Shown here in pieces: positions 26,939-39,625 of a DNA stretch of 64,000 nt (position 1 is its first letter; each line of letters begins with the position of its first letter). Origin of the DNA: the human T2T-CHM13v2.0 reference genome, Homo sapiens; assembly GCF_009914755.1 (NCBI RefSeq), contig NC_060930.1. One strand, given 5' to 3'. Position numbers and translations under genes: made by a program. Below the pieces are notes generated by a model, which saw nothing but the letters and a program-made list of their open reading frames with translations, searched no databases and was not told where the DNA came from.

Positions 26939-29689
26939 CTGAGCTTTGGATGTATAAAGGAATGTGCTAGTTCATGATAAATTAATAATTTTGTCACATT
27001 TGGAAAATTATTAGGTATTATAATTTAAAATATATTTTATGCTTCTTTCTTACCTCTCCTCCTGGTACTTTAAAGTACATGTATATCGCTGCATTTATGA
27101 TGTCCCACATTTTTTTTCTGCTTCTTTGTTCACCTTTCTTCATTCTTTTTTTCTCTGTGCTTCCGATTGCACAATATCTATTGATCTATCGTCAAGTTTG
27201 CTCTTTCTTTCTTCTTCCATTTCAGATTTCCTGTTGAGTCCTTCTAGTGAATTTTCATTTTAGTTATTATACTTGTCACTCTAGAAGTTAAAAGTAATTT
27301 TTATTTATTATTTGTTTATATTTGATAAGATATTGCCAAAATTACTTTAATTCTTTAAGCATAGATTTCTTTAGTTCTTTAAAGATTTCTGTAGTAGCTG
27401 TTTTGAAGTCTTTGGCTGTTAAATCAGACATCTGGGCCCTCTCACAGATCATTTGTATTGCTTGCTTTTGTTTTTTTCCTATTCATGGGTTACATTTTTT
27501 TCTGGTTTTTTTGCATGTATTATATTTTTGTTGTTGTTAAAAAACTTGACGCTTTATTATAGTTAATGTATTTTAGCAACTTGAATACTGAGTTTCTTCC
27601 TGCTCTCAGGGGCTTAGATTTTGTTGTTGTTGTTGTTTGCTTGTGTATTAATTTGGCTAGACTATTTTCATAAAATCTGTTTTCCCTATAGTGTGAAGCC
27701 TTTGGTGTTGCTTATTAAGAATGCAGCCTTGGGCATGCACACATTGGATAGCATTGGTTATAGCAGAGTTTTCTTTGACTGCCTTATTTCCTAATCATTC
27801 TGTTAAGTAGTCTGCCTCATTTGGTAATACACCCAGCTTTTGTCAAAATTATAAAGATTAAAAATGGCAATAAGCAAAGTAATGGTAAAAGCCTTACATG
27901 AGGTATTCAAAAATTTAAAAAAAAATTAGCAGTGAATTAAAAAATTTTATCCAGCTCAGTAGTCTATGCTCTGCACAAGGGACATTCTCATCCTCTTTGA
28001 ATTGTCACAAAATTTTATCTCTTTCTTTCTTTTGTCACTTATGCCATTTTCATCAGTTTCTATGGATGTATAAATTGCTGCTTAAATAAAAGATGCATAA
28101 ATAGATGAACAATAGCTTATCTAGTTGTAACTTAGAGTCTTGATATATAAGTGCTCCTGCATAAGTGTAGCAGGCCAATGACCAAACTGCTACCTGACTG
28201 AGAAAGTAACTCACATATTCACTTGTAAGACTATGTGTATGTATAGAACCCTGTCCATATAGTAAACATAATGGATTACATAAAACTTGTAGAAAGTTTG
28301 TACATGAAACTTCATAATTATATGAAATTTTATAAATTGTATAAAACTCATACTTTCTGAAAAATTTAAGAACAAAAGTGGATAGAAGTCCCTTGGTTCA
28401 AAGTTACATTCCATCTAGCCTCGTCAAGTTCCTTTTTACTTTGACTAAGAGGATTTGAATTGATTGGGGCTTTAGAGCTCAAAAACAAAAGATAATATAT
28501 GCTCTGAATGAGTCAATGAGTTTATAGCCTAGAGCATATCACTGCTCCAAATTGGAATCTGCTTTGCACCTAAATTTAAAAATAAATACTGTCTGACATT
28601 TGAAATACAGGCTGCCTGCATTTGTGGAATTCAGTCTGGTCCTGACTCTCTGCCTCTATCAACTGTTCCGGTCTGATTCATCTTGAATCAGGCATCATCA
28701 GAGAATGCCATGCCTGTGCTCATTGTTAATCCTTGCTGTGAGAATTTTGTATGAGGCCTTAGTTGGGTAAATCTCCTTCTACCTTGTTCCTTTTTTCTAT
28801 GACCTAGTTGTTACATTTGTACTTCTCTTGTGGTAACCTGCTTAGTATGCAGGACAATTTCTATTTATGGACTCTGACCTGTTCTTATTATTTTCACACC
28901 TGACTTGAGTGTTCTGACCCTGAACTCTGGCCATTAGATGGAACTCTGCCACCCCTGATAGCTACCTTTGCTGTTGACTGTGTCTTCTGGAACTTCAGTG
29001 ATCCTGCCATGTCCAGCTTCTACATTTGATCTTGAATTGCCTTTGGTCTTAGAGCCCCACTTGCTGGAGATTTGCATAGACTATGATCAGAGATTAGACT
29101 CTGCTTGCCTGTCCTATTTAATCTCCTGTCAGAACTTGCAGCTGAGTCAGCATCTGGTACTTTTTCTGACCTGGTGAGTAGGTGTAAAACCAGATTAATA
29201 TTCTCTTCATGTTCAGGTCTCCTATTGAAAATAATCAAATATACCAGATTATTGAACTATGGGAAAGTTTATTCACTACATGTTGATTTGTCAACTACTT
29301 ATGCTGTCAGACTTGCAAAAGATGGTGAAAAAAAAACCTATTATTCTTACATACTTCTAAAAATATTCAAAAGAGATGGTAGATTAAACAAAGTAAATAC
29401 AAAAAATATGAAAAATATTTCATAGAGTCAGCTGCAGACTATGGATATGTGGAATCTGCGAAAAGCTCTTCCTACTTTTCAGGATGATGCTGTTAGGTTC
29501 ATTTCAGCAGAGATTATTTCCTACAAAGAGAATGATCTGGAAGAACAAGATTGTTTGGGTTAGATATAAGTTGACCATGAGATATAAAGGAAGACATTGG
29601 AAATATTTTGAATAATTTATGTGAGGGAGTGTATTAAATATAAGTGTACAACAAAGAAAAACACCTACATCAGTTTAGGAAGTAGCCAG

Positions 29690-29900
29690 GACCACTGTCT
29701 CTGGGAATCAGACTAACATGAACCTTAGCTCTGCCATTTTATTAGCTGTAAGATTTGGGGTATTTTACTTCAACTTTTTAAGTCTCCTTTTCTATATCTG
29801 TGTGAAGGAAATAGCAACTGTATCTCATGGAGCTGAAAGAAGGTCATATGAGGAAGCAACCGTTATGCTCATAGATATGCACTGCATGTGCTAGAAACTC
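29690..29900 (+). mobile_element. MIR, degraded
   Basis: ctctgccattttattagctgtaagatttggg core. Confidence 0.55.
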
Positions 29901-30237
29901 TTTATAACTTTACATTTAGAAAATCGTATTAGGTTGCTTAGTACTGTTGTTTTGCCTTCTAGATATATTACCACCTTTCTCCATTTGGTGCTTGGCCTCA
30001 AGAAGCTGACATTTGTGGGTTACATGAATGAATTCTGTTGCCCTCTGGCTTCCAATTTTCTTTATACAAAGAAAGGATCCAGGAGGGAAATTGCCAGATG
30101 GAGCAGAGAAAGATCTGGGGTATTTATTTTTCTGGATCTCTCTCTCTTACAGGTTATTTCTTTAGTTTCTTTTTTCTTTCCCCTTTCAGTTCAGGAATGA
30201 TAAAGTCATTTCTCTCCCCCTACACCCTATCTCTTTC

Positions 30238-30460
30238 TCTGTGTGTGTGTGTGTATATAAATGTGTATTATATATGTAGTATGTACATATGTGTGTATGT
30301 ATGTATATATATATGAATACTTATATAAATATATATAGATATCTATATATAGATATATAAGTATAGCTGTAGATAGATTTAAGTATATATATGCATAATA
30401 CATATGTATGTGTATATATATATATGTATATATATGGAGAGAGAGAGAGAACAGAGAGAG
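30238..30460. repeat. (TG)/(TA)/(GA) low-complexity tract
   Basis: Seen directly. Confidence 0.85.
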
Positions 30461-30640
30461 ATTTATTTTTATTTTTTAGAAGTCAATTTTTGGTTTTATT
30501 TTAAGAAATTTATTCACAAGATTTTAAGTACTGCCATGTCTAAAATCTGCAGAGTACATAGGCAGGCTGGAGACCCAGGGAAGAGTTAACCTTGCAGTCT
30601 TGAATTGAAAGGCAGTCTGTATGAAGCAGAATTCCTTCTG
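30460..30640 (-). mobile_element. MLT2-type ERVL LTR fragment
   Basis: gtctaaaatctgcag...ggcaggctggagacccagggaagagtt...gcagaattcctt. Confidence 0.65.
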
Positions 30641-30662
30641 GTGCTCCGACACTTCCTATTGA

Positions 30663-30837
30663 CAGGGCTGGCTGAATAATTTGTGGGGCCTAGTGTAAAT
30701 AAAAATGTGGGGATCCTTATTAAAAATATTATTTAGAATTTCAAGATGGCAACAGTAGAGCATTAAACCAAGTGCAGGGCACTTAAACACAAAAATCGTG
30801 CAGCTGTAGAGATCAGAAGCCCATGAAGCTAGCTCTG
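30663..30837 (-). mobile_element. MER45A hAT-Tip100 element
   Basis: cagggctggctgaataatttgtggggcc...gaatttcaagatggcaacagtagagcattaaaccaag...cccatgaagctagctctg. Confidence 0.8.
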
Positions 30838-31599
30838 CCTGTCAGTTTCCCTGAAACTTGCCTACACATATAAACCTCTCCTTATTAAACATTATTCATT
30901 TAACCTATATATGTGTTTCATATGCTTACTGCCAGAATCCTGATGTGGACAATTAGAATGAAACCAAATAATAGGATTTGAGTTCAAAGCTCCATGACCC
31001 TAGAATTTTTTCATTTAACCTATATTTTTGGTGACTTTCATTATCAGAAGAATAGTCATTAAAACATTTTGAAAAATGAAAGTTTCTAATTCATGTAACC
31101 TGGGAAAATTTATATAGAGAAGGAAGATTTATATCTACTGATGCCTAGGGCCATAATTATACTAAGTGAGCATGCATTTATTTTATACTTACATTTATTT
31201 ACAACATATAAATGTTCTTTGAGCTACCAAATATTTATATATACAATTAGAATAGTTACTAATGTTTTAAACAAAATTTTCTGTATGAACAGTGACTGCC
31301 ATGATTATTGCTTCCTGTGAGTGTGATGCTTGTGTGCATTTTTTACTTTTAGAAAACCAGAATCCTGACAATGCCTGAGTCTTCGGTGTTGATTGTCTTA
31401 GATGATGAGGTGGTAAGAACACATGAGAACAGGTTTCATTTGCTCTGGTCTAAGCTGTATAATCTAGCATCAATGGTATTTGTAAAGCAACTTTCTTTCA
31501 GATTTGTGACATCAAACAAAGAGGATGGGGCTACTGAGGAGCTGCTAAGGCTGCTGGGAAATGGCTTAGTCGGGGATCATCCATGTCACTCAAGGACCA

Positions 31600-31796
31600 G
31601 GTGGTAGGAATTCCCTTATTGGAATCTCTGGGTTAAGGATGTGTTTAAGAGGCACAGATGAGTCTACAAAGGCCTTATAGGTCACGTTAAGGATTTTACA
31701 TATTAATCAGGATACATGAGGCCTGGAAGGGTTTTGTGCTGTAAAGTGACATGATCCACATGATGTTTTGAGAAGATCACATTGGTATATGTATGG
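31600..31796 (-). mobile_element. L2 fragment
   Basis: ggccttataggtcacgttaaggatttt...gaagggtttt...agtgacatgatc...aagatcac. Confidence 0.6.
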
Positions 31797-31807
31797 AAAG
31801 AAACAGA

Positions 31808-32040
31808 AAATTTTTGCCCACACCAATGTCAGGAAGTGTTTCCCCTATGATTTCTTTTAGTAATTTTATAGTTTCCATTCTTACATTTAAATCTTTAATC
31901 CATTTTGAGTTAGTATTTTGCCAATTACTCTGTTTTGATCATTACAGAATATATGCATGTACGTATGGAAATATTACATTGCACTGCATAAATATGTACA
32001 ATTATCATGTGCAAATTAAAAATAAAATCAAACTTAAAAA
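31808..32040 (+). mobile_element. Short 5'-inverted L1MA insertion (twin-priming structure)
   Basis: 31808-31914 is antisense L1 ORF2 and 31915-32040 is a sense L1MA 3' end with A-tail; TSD aaagaaacagaaaat / aaagaatagaaaat. Confidence 0.75.
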
Positions 32041-34304
32041 AGAATAGAAAATGTTATGTACATGAAGAATGAGTGATTCTGGTGTTTTTACAATATAGAA
32101 AATGCTGATTGCTTGCTGTGAAACAGTGAGAGAGCTAGAGAGAGAAAGTGAATTTACTATTGATCATTTTAAACACTTCTCCATATTTTGCCAATGTTAG
32201 AATAAACTTGAGTCTGTCATTTGTCAAGGAGCTTTGTTTGGGTGAGTTAATGAATGCCACTTGCCTTAATCACTGTTGGGTGCAGTTTGGTTCTCACTGC
32301 ATTCTGGCAGGCTTCAAGAGGAAAGATTAGACACAAACTGTGTATCATTCCAAGTGTCTCATAAGAGGTCACATCTTTGAATTTGTAGTTTGTCTCCAAG
32401 ATATAATAGAAGTGTTTTCAGGCCAAAAAGTGTTTTGTTTTCTTTTCTTTAGTGTCTTGGATGTCACCTTATGCACTCATTATGCACAGTGGTAATTTTT
32501 ATCTAACTAGTTTCTATTATGGTATTTTTTACAGGTAGAAATAAAGGCAAAAAGGTAAGTTCTTGTCAAAAGGGAAGACAAACCCAAAGTTTCTGGCTGT
32601 CACTCATATTATTAAAATGACACAATAAGTTTCCAGGAATACATTCAGAAAATGGTTTTCAAGCCTCAGTGGTCTGTATTAATTAAGGTGTAAACTTGGA
32701 AAAGCACCTTTAAGCACATTCTTTTTCCTGGACTTGAAAGACAGAGCAAGAAGTAGAAAACTCATTTTAGGTTTGAAAAATGTGTTCTGATCTCTGGTAC
32801 CTCAAGATGATATTTAGCTTTTTCAAACCTAATTCATTTGTTTAATGGGTTTCCAACATTCTCTGGTTCTCATGCTGCATAGTACCCGATACAATCTTAA
32901 AACAGCTTATGTACAAATTTTGGAACTCCATGTTGCGTGGATTTCTGCTGTGCCAAAATGTGACACTGATTGGAGTGAATTGATGGCAATTCTCTCCTGC
33001 TTGAGTGCCTTTGAGATTGAAAGCATGCAATACACAGTCTCTTCAAAATTCAGTGCCCATCCTGGTGTGGTATTTGTTTCCTTTGATGCTGCCTGTGCAG
33101 GTGGAGTCTTCCTGGTCCATCTGTTCTGAATGGAAAATGTCATGACTGCTCTTCTTCCAGTCCATCCTCTTGTCTTTCAGGACACGTAAAGATTTCTGCT
33201 CTTTGGTCACCGTTTCTGCTTGTTTCATTTTCATTTTTTTCTCCATTTTTCCTTAATTGATACATCTACTTTCCTTAACAGTATTTAATTTAATTTTTAA
33301 AGAAAAACCCCATAATCAATTTTAAATGAATTATTCCTGTTAAAAGAAAAACAAACTAGTATAAAAAATCCTTTCCTCCAAGTTTTTTTGGTTTCGTTAA
33401 TATGTCTAAATTATATACAATCATTTGAAAGTTCTTTGAACATTCAGTTTTACTTTTAAGAGGCTGGATGCTATTATAATATTAATTACTGGAATGATAA
33501 CACAAAGCTAAAATAGGCAGAACCATGCCATGTACTTTACATATCTTATAATTGCATATCTTGCATATCTTATAATTCTCCTACAGTGATCAAAGGTAGG
33601 TCAAGTGTTCCAAGAAATAAAATATATTCATAATTATAATTATGGTCTATATTAACTGTTATAACTTTCTTTTCCTTCTGGTCAAGTTTGCCTATTTCTG
33701 TTGAACCTTTCCTTTGAGACCCAAATTATTCTTTGATTTGTAGAGATTATAAATATTCTAATAAATAGAGGTTTAGTTAGCACTGCATAGGGTTGACTGC
33801 TTTCTCGCTATTTTTTTCAGTCTGAACCCCTAAATGCTTATAATTTTTGTTTATTCTCTGTAATTTTATTTTTACTAACTCAGATCATAAATCTTAAAAT
33901 GTTGTTCTATCCTCAGCGTGAAGAGACAGACAACTGATTCTATCAGGTCACAATAAAGTCCAATTTATTATGCTTTTGTAAGATCATAAGTGTTTCAGAT
34001 TACAAATACTCTGCTATCAAGTAAAAACTATGCTTTCTTACCTAGGGCTTTTGAGGTGACATTGTTCTTTGAAGATTTTGTGTTTTAGCCAATGACTAGT
34101 GAACTTACCAATAATAGAACACTTTTTGTTGCCTTTATGCCAGCAAAAATGTAGAACTGACTCTAAAAAACATGAGATATGAGAAATAATTAATAGAAAA
34201 GTATTCACTAAGAGAATGGGAAAATAAGAGTTTTCTCCAGTGCTTTATTACCTATACTAGAAATGGAACATATATTTTAATATAAGGGATTTAAAGATCC
34301 CATA

Positions 34305-34651
34305 CTGGTCCATAATTTTTTATTCATAACCTTTGAGGTCAGATGGATTTTGAAATTCAGCATATTTTGGATTTTAGGAAGATAGTAGGGAATATATATC
34401 TTATATACTGTAATACCCTAAGTGAAGTTGAGGGCCTGTAATCAAACATATTAATATCTTTATGGTGAAAGTATTTTGTCTACATATGATGACTAAGAAT
34501 TGTAAATTGCCTTCATTAATTCAGGTTAAGTTTTGCCTCCAAGTGATTTATCAAGCAAAACAAAACAAAATGTTACAAGAAACAATAACCTTTCAGTGTT
34601 TAAGATTTTTTAAAAAAGATTTTGTAATTATAAATAAACTATATGGATCTG
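34305..34651. mobile_element. MER46C-like Tigger element
   Basis: ctggtccata...gtcagatggattttgaaattcag...tggattttagg; right end tggatctg. Confidence 0.55.
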
Positions 34652-36029
34652 TGTTATAATAAAACGACATGCACAATTAGGTCTTTCTGTCTCATTGCAG
34701 TAATGTGTAAATTGCCTGCCTTGTAGTTTATTTCATAAAGATATTGTTCTTCTTTCTACATTTATATCCAAAGTTATCTGATTCATGCTGGAAGAAGATT
34801 GATTTTGAATTTATTGGTATGTGAATATCATTCCCAAAACTTTGGGAAATTGCATAATTAAATCTAGGGTGAGTTCAACAATTCAGTGCAATATGAGAAT
34901 TTTTATGGTACATGTGCAATGAAATATCACTGAGACTAACACTCCATGTGACTTATTTCAGTGAAGCCCTCTTATACAAATTAATTCCCTTTGGTTTATA
35001 TCTAAGGAGTAGTATACCTTTTTATATTGATTTCTTCTGCTCCATACAAAGATATTTTGAAAGAAGTATCTCTTTTCTTGCATCTTAAAGATTTGTCAAA
35101 AAGGAGTATCTCCTTGAGGGAATAGAGAGATTATTTCAAGTATAGCTTGCAGTGTGTAAGACTCATCACTTCCCTCCCTTATCCCTGATGGTGCTGTCTG
35201 AATCCAGGAGATTCCAAGAAAACTGCATGAGCTTTGGGAAAACTTTGGGGGGCCTGCTATTAATGACTTCTGAATCATGAAGACAGTATCTGGTATTTTC
35301 CTATATATTATTATATTCCAAGAAGGTTTCATATATAGTTGAGTCAAGACCCAAAGAAGGGATTTGGCACCCTGAACTAGCCAGCAACTCAAATGCCAGA
35401 GAGACTACGTTTGGCCAATCACAAGCCCATGCTATGTTATTTCACAATCCTGGGATTATCATCAGCTTTGAAGATAAGAAAAAAGTTTGTTTCTGGTAGC
35501 TGTAAACCCAGGTGGACAAGGCTTTCACACTATAAAGTAAGCTCAAAGTCTAACCTGGCACAGCATCTGGCATTTGGAAAGCACTAATTAGTATGCAACA
35601 AATGAATAGCTTATAAAGACAAGTTACAAGTGCATATAAGTTAAATCATTCAGGCTACTTTCTGTGTGAAAAATTCCCTTTTCTATTGTCTAGGCTCAAT
35701 TAGCATTTGAAAGTAACAATTCTATTGAATAGAATAAGCACTATTCTTTTGGTACAAGTATAAGGTAATTTTATCATTCTATCCCTGGGTCCAATCATGT
35801 TCCTTTTATTTGTAAATGATAAGAAGGACTGATCCCATAGCTCTCTAAGTGTGTTCAAGTATACAAATCTTGTGCAGTCCAAGTTGATTCAAGTTAAATT
35901 CAATTTCACATCCAATGTAGAGCTCTTTATCTCTCCCTAGCTTTGTCTTGCACTTGGCCCTAGGAATCAGTCTTGAGAAGGGATGCTTTTCCACTGAGTT
36001 TTTCATTTCTCTCCTAGTTTCTTTCTCAT

Positions 36030-36492
36030 CTTTGATGGATTAAAGATGATCATAAAGCATTTGTCACCCCTGAATCATGAGAAGGGGCTTATTTCCTCCT
36101 TCTTTGAATCAGGGAAGGCCATGTAACTGCTTTAACCATTATGCTGTGGGAGAAGTAACTCTACACCAGTTCTGGGCCTGGTCTTCAAGAGGACTGAGGT
36201 TTCTGATTTCTTCCTCAGGGAACATTTGCTCATGCTGGATAGACCATGTGGAGAGGTGAGGTCCTGAGACTATAAGAAAAGGAGAGAGGTTCAGTGTCCC
36301 AGTTGAGCCTCCAAGAGACTCCAGCTCCAAATCCCAGACTGTAATCTCAAAGGAGGCCCCAAGTGAGACCAGAAGGACTGCCCGGATTAGCCCAGTAAAC
36401 TCACAGAAAAACAAGAGAGAGAGAGTAAAACAGTTATTCTTTTAAGCCTCACAAGTTTATAATGGCTTGTTTCTCAGCATTGATAGCCATTT
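36030..36492 (+). mobile_element. MLT1H-like MaLR LTR
   Basis: tggattaaagatg...ttgaatcagggaaggccatgtaactgcttt...ttttaagcc. Confidence 0.7.
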
Positions 36493-38144
36493 ATTCAACA
36501 GACCATTCTGTATCTCCATTTCTCCTTCACAGTATTAGAGCCTGGGATGATGGATAGGAAAAAAAGCAAAATTCCCTCACTGAACTGCTACTGTGGTAAT
36601 CCTCTTCCAGCTAATTAACATGAGTCCCTCAGAAGTCCTCACCTGGGAATGTCTTCTGAGTTTCAGCATGTCCTCATCTTTCAGTAAGAAATCCTGATAA
36701 TACACCATGTAACATGCTTTGATATTGGGATCTTTGCCTGGGAAGCAGCTCAAGCTTCTCTGGTTTTTCATAGAGTTCACTTGAACAATGGGGACTCATC
36801 CACTGTTACCATGCCAAAGAGGAGGAACCCAGACAGATCAGCAGCTACTTTCTTTCTCCTTCTTGTCATCTCTGCAGTTCCTTTGTTCCTGTTTGTATGG
36901 GCAAGGGGAGAAAGAAGCAAAGCCATTGTGTAAATATATATCCAACTGAAAAAATGAGATTCTCTTTTCCCCTTCTTGTAAACATCTGTGTTTTCTGTGA
37001 GGGATTATTTTGCAGAACGATTTGCTTGATTTAGACAAAAGGAGAAAGTCACAGCAGTAAGCCCCTGAGTGGACAAATCTAAAATGCTGAACGATTGTTC
37101 TAGTGAACTTTATAATCTGGGTTAGGGTGGTGGTGGTGCTGTATGATGGCGATGTTTTGGGTAACAGAGCTGTTCTGCTGGTTCTGAGCAAGTCCTTAAG
37201 AAACGCCTGGTAATCTCTTTATTTGGAAGAGCATGTATGGTCCCAGCATCTGTGGTCTTTAGCTTTGGGGATGCAAGAATAATTTTGAGGCCAAAACCAA
37301 AAAAGTCCTATTCCACCTCTTATTAGTCATGATTTTTCAAACTTGTTACATATAGTCATTTTTCTTCTGATAGCAAAACACATGATTCTTGAAGAAAACT
37401 TTAGAAAATACAAGAAAGTATATATAAACAGGAAAAATCCCTTACTGTTACACCTCTCTTTAGCCAGAGACAATCATTCTTCTACATTAATTGAATTCTT
37501 TTTCATCTTTCTTTCATGTTTATGCAGTTTAAATCACTTGTATGTGTATTTTTGAACATTCTGTTTTATACTCACCATTACATCATAAATTCCCTATGAA
37601 TAATTTTTAGACATGTTTATACCAAATATTGTATCTTCTTACAATAAAGGATAAAATGAAATAACAAAACATTTGTTAATAATAATTTGTGCAAATCAGA
37701 TTCACCTGGATACCTACAACAAAAAAATTATTCTCAGTTTGATCCTGGCTTGACACAAACAATTCTTTTATGCTTCTTAATTTTGTCATAAGAATATAGG
37801 GCACTGTGCTCCTTTTGTTACAATAATGATCACAATATTCAGTGCCTACCGTGTGTTATTTGTACTATAAAACATAGAGAAATAGCCCCCTGTGGGATGA
37901 TTATTCAGCCAATATAACACGATCCAAGAGCTGACAGATAGTCAATATTTCGGCAGGAAGCAGTGAGAAAAATGTCAATGTTCTCAATGTCTTCTTTGAC
38001 TGGGGAAACTATCTAGAGGGCATTGGAAGAGCTGAATTTAAGGATTGATACAGCTTATGAGGAAAAGAATAAATGCTCCTTGCTAATGTCTGCTTCAGAA
38101 TGAGAAGGGAACAGAGTAGAAGAATAGAATTAAAGTAGTGACTA

Positions 38145-38600
38145 ATTATGCATTAATTCATTCATTCTTCATTTAGCATGGGGGGAAAGCTTCTGCTCTC
38201 AAGAGTTTAATAACAGAGTTTGAAAGGATGACAAAAAATAACATTATAACATATAATACTGACTTAAAATGTGAGCTGTATTTTTTTCTATAGATGATAA
38301 TTGACTGACTGCCATGTGCTAGGCAGCATGCCCCATAACACCTGTTCATGAAATTGAGAAAGCCTGTGGTTATTGTGGAATGGAATGGTCAGAGAAGGTT
38401 TCTAGAGGAAGATGCATTTGATCTGGATCTTAAAGAATAAGATTTTAAACAGGCGTAGAGGTAAGCTGTTGACATGGGAACATCACGAAGAAGGATAAGA
38501 TGGTGCAAATAGGTGCAACTAAGTGCAGCCTGGTCAGCCCATGGGCTCGTGTAAGGAAATAGGAGACATCAGACTGGAATGGTATAATAGACTTTGTTCT
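38145..38600 (-). mobile_element. L2 fragment
   Basis: ttcattcattc tail; ggtcagagaaggtttctagaggaagatgcatttgatctggatcttaaagaat. Confidence 0.55.
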
Positions 38601-39410
38601 TTTTGCCCTCCAGTACATATTACCCTTTCATCAGGAAATAGGACCTCATTTGGCCCTGAAGAAGGAAGAGTGGCTGTAACTGAAGAATAGAGAGTCTAGA
38701 ATGGGGTGGATGGTAGAGGAAAAGGTAGAATGGTGAGGAAGGGGGACTGGGAAGGCATCGGAGAGAAAGTGAAGATGATAAGCTGCTGACCATATCAAGC
38801 CATTATACTGAAATTTGGATTCTTAAAATTAGGAAGATGCAATGGGCCTAAATATATAAAGATATAACATATTAAAAATCAGTATGGCACCCACAGAAGG
38901 TGATGGGTGAAAATATTTTTCATCTGATCCTATATGTTTCCAGCAAGGCTTTCTAAGTGGAGCTCCTAATGCCATCTGATCTTCCTTTACTGCCATCTCC
39001 ACAAAACCTTCAAAGTCCAAGTGATAGCTCCCAAGACACTTACAATGTTGGAAAAAATTACTAGATGTAGTTCTGTCCCAGAGTAAATAAAAGATGAATA
39101 AAGTAGTAACTGGCCTCTATATCTTTGAAGAACATTAAGTATATCCTTTGAGCCTGTCTCCTAAACACTCCTGCTTGAATGAGACCCCTGTTTCTGGCTT
39201 CAGGTGGGAGACGGCTTGGTAAGGAGTTAGCCTGAGCACAAAAAGACTCATCTTTTGATGCCTTTCATTTCTTTAACTGGTAACTGCCGAATGATTATCA
39301 TAAAGTTAATTTTACATCTTGGAATCTTTGTCTTCTATCTAGTCAGTAAGGGACTATTTGAAGTGCATGGGTATTAGCCTGTGTTTGTGTAGATGGACAT
39401 TAATCTAGGG

Positions 39411-39615
39411 CACTGGTTCTGAACTAGGGACAATTTCTCCGCCGGGGACTCTGGGCAATGTTCCTAGACATGGCTGTCACACAGGGCAGGTATCTAGTGA
39501 GTAAAGACTAAGGATGCCACTAAACGTCCTGCATTGCACAGGACAGCATCCCGTACCCCCCGAAAAAAAATTCTCTGGTCCAAAATGCTAATATCACTGA
39601 GATTGAGAAACCCTA
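39411..39615 (+). mobile_element. MER20 (hAT-Charlie)
   Basis: cactggttct...ggatgccactaaacgtcctgcattgcacaggacag...gattgagaaaccct. Confidence 0.85.
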
Positions 39616-39625
39616 GTCACAAGTA

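Larger units (their letters stand above)
24415..27840 (-). mobile_element. Ancient L1M (ORF1 and 5' region), interrupted by Tigger2a, MER44 and AluJ
   Basis: Track ORFs 26325-26513 (MRLMADFSSETIKARMQWNDIPEVLKEK) and 26510-26701 (RSTPRSITVKMLK...KILKAVREK) are L1 ORF1p-like. Confidence 0.8.
29926..30951 (+). mobile_element. LTR33-like ERVL LTR interrupted by an MLT2 fragment and MER45A
   Basis: gttgccctctggcttcc...ggggtatttatt at the 5' side and ctgccagaatcctga at the 3' end. Confidence 0.6.

Noticed and set aside
28540-29180. Pyrimidine-rich segment with overlapping ORFs
   Set aside because: Looks like an old LTR-type repeat that I cannot name; the peptides are unrecognisable, so I make no call.
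37119-37140. gggttagggtggtggtggtg as an interstitial telomere or G4
   Set aside because: A single TTAGGG unit; too short to support either call.
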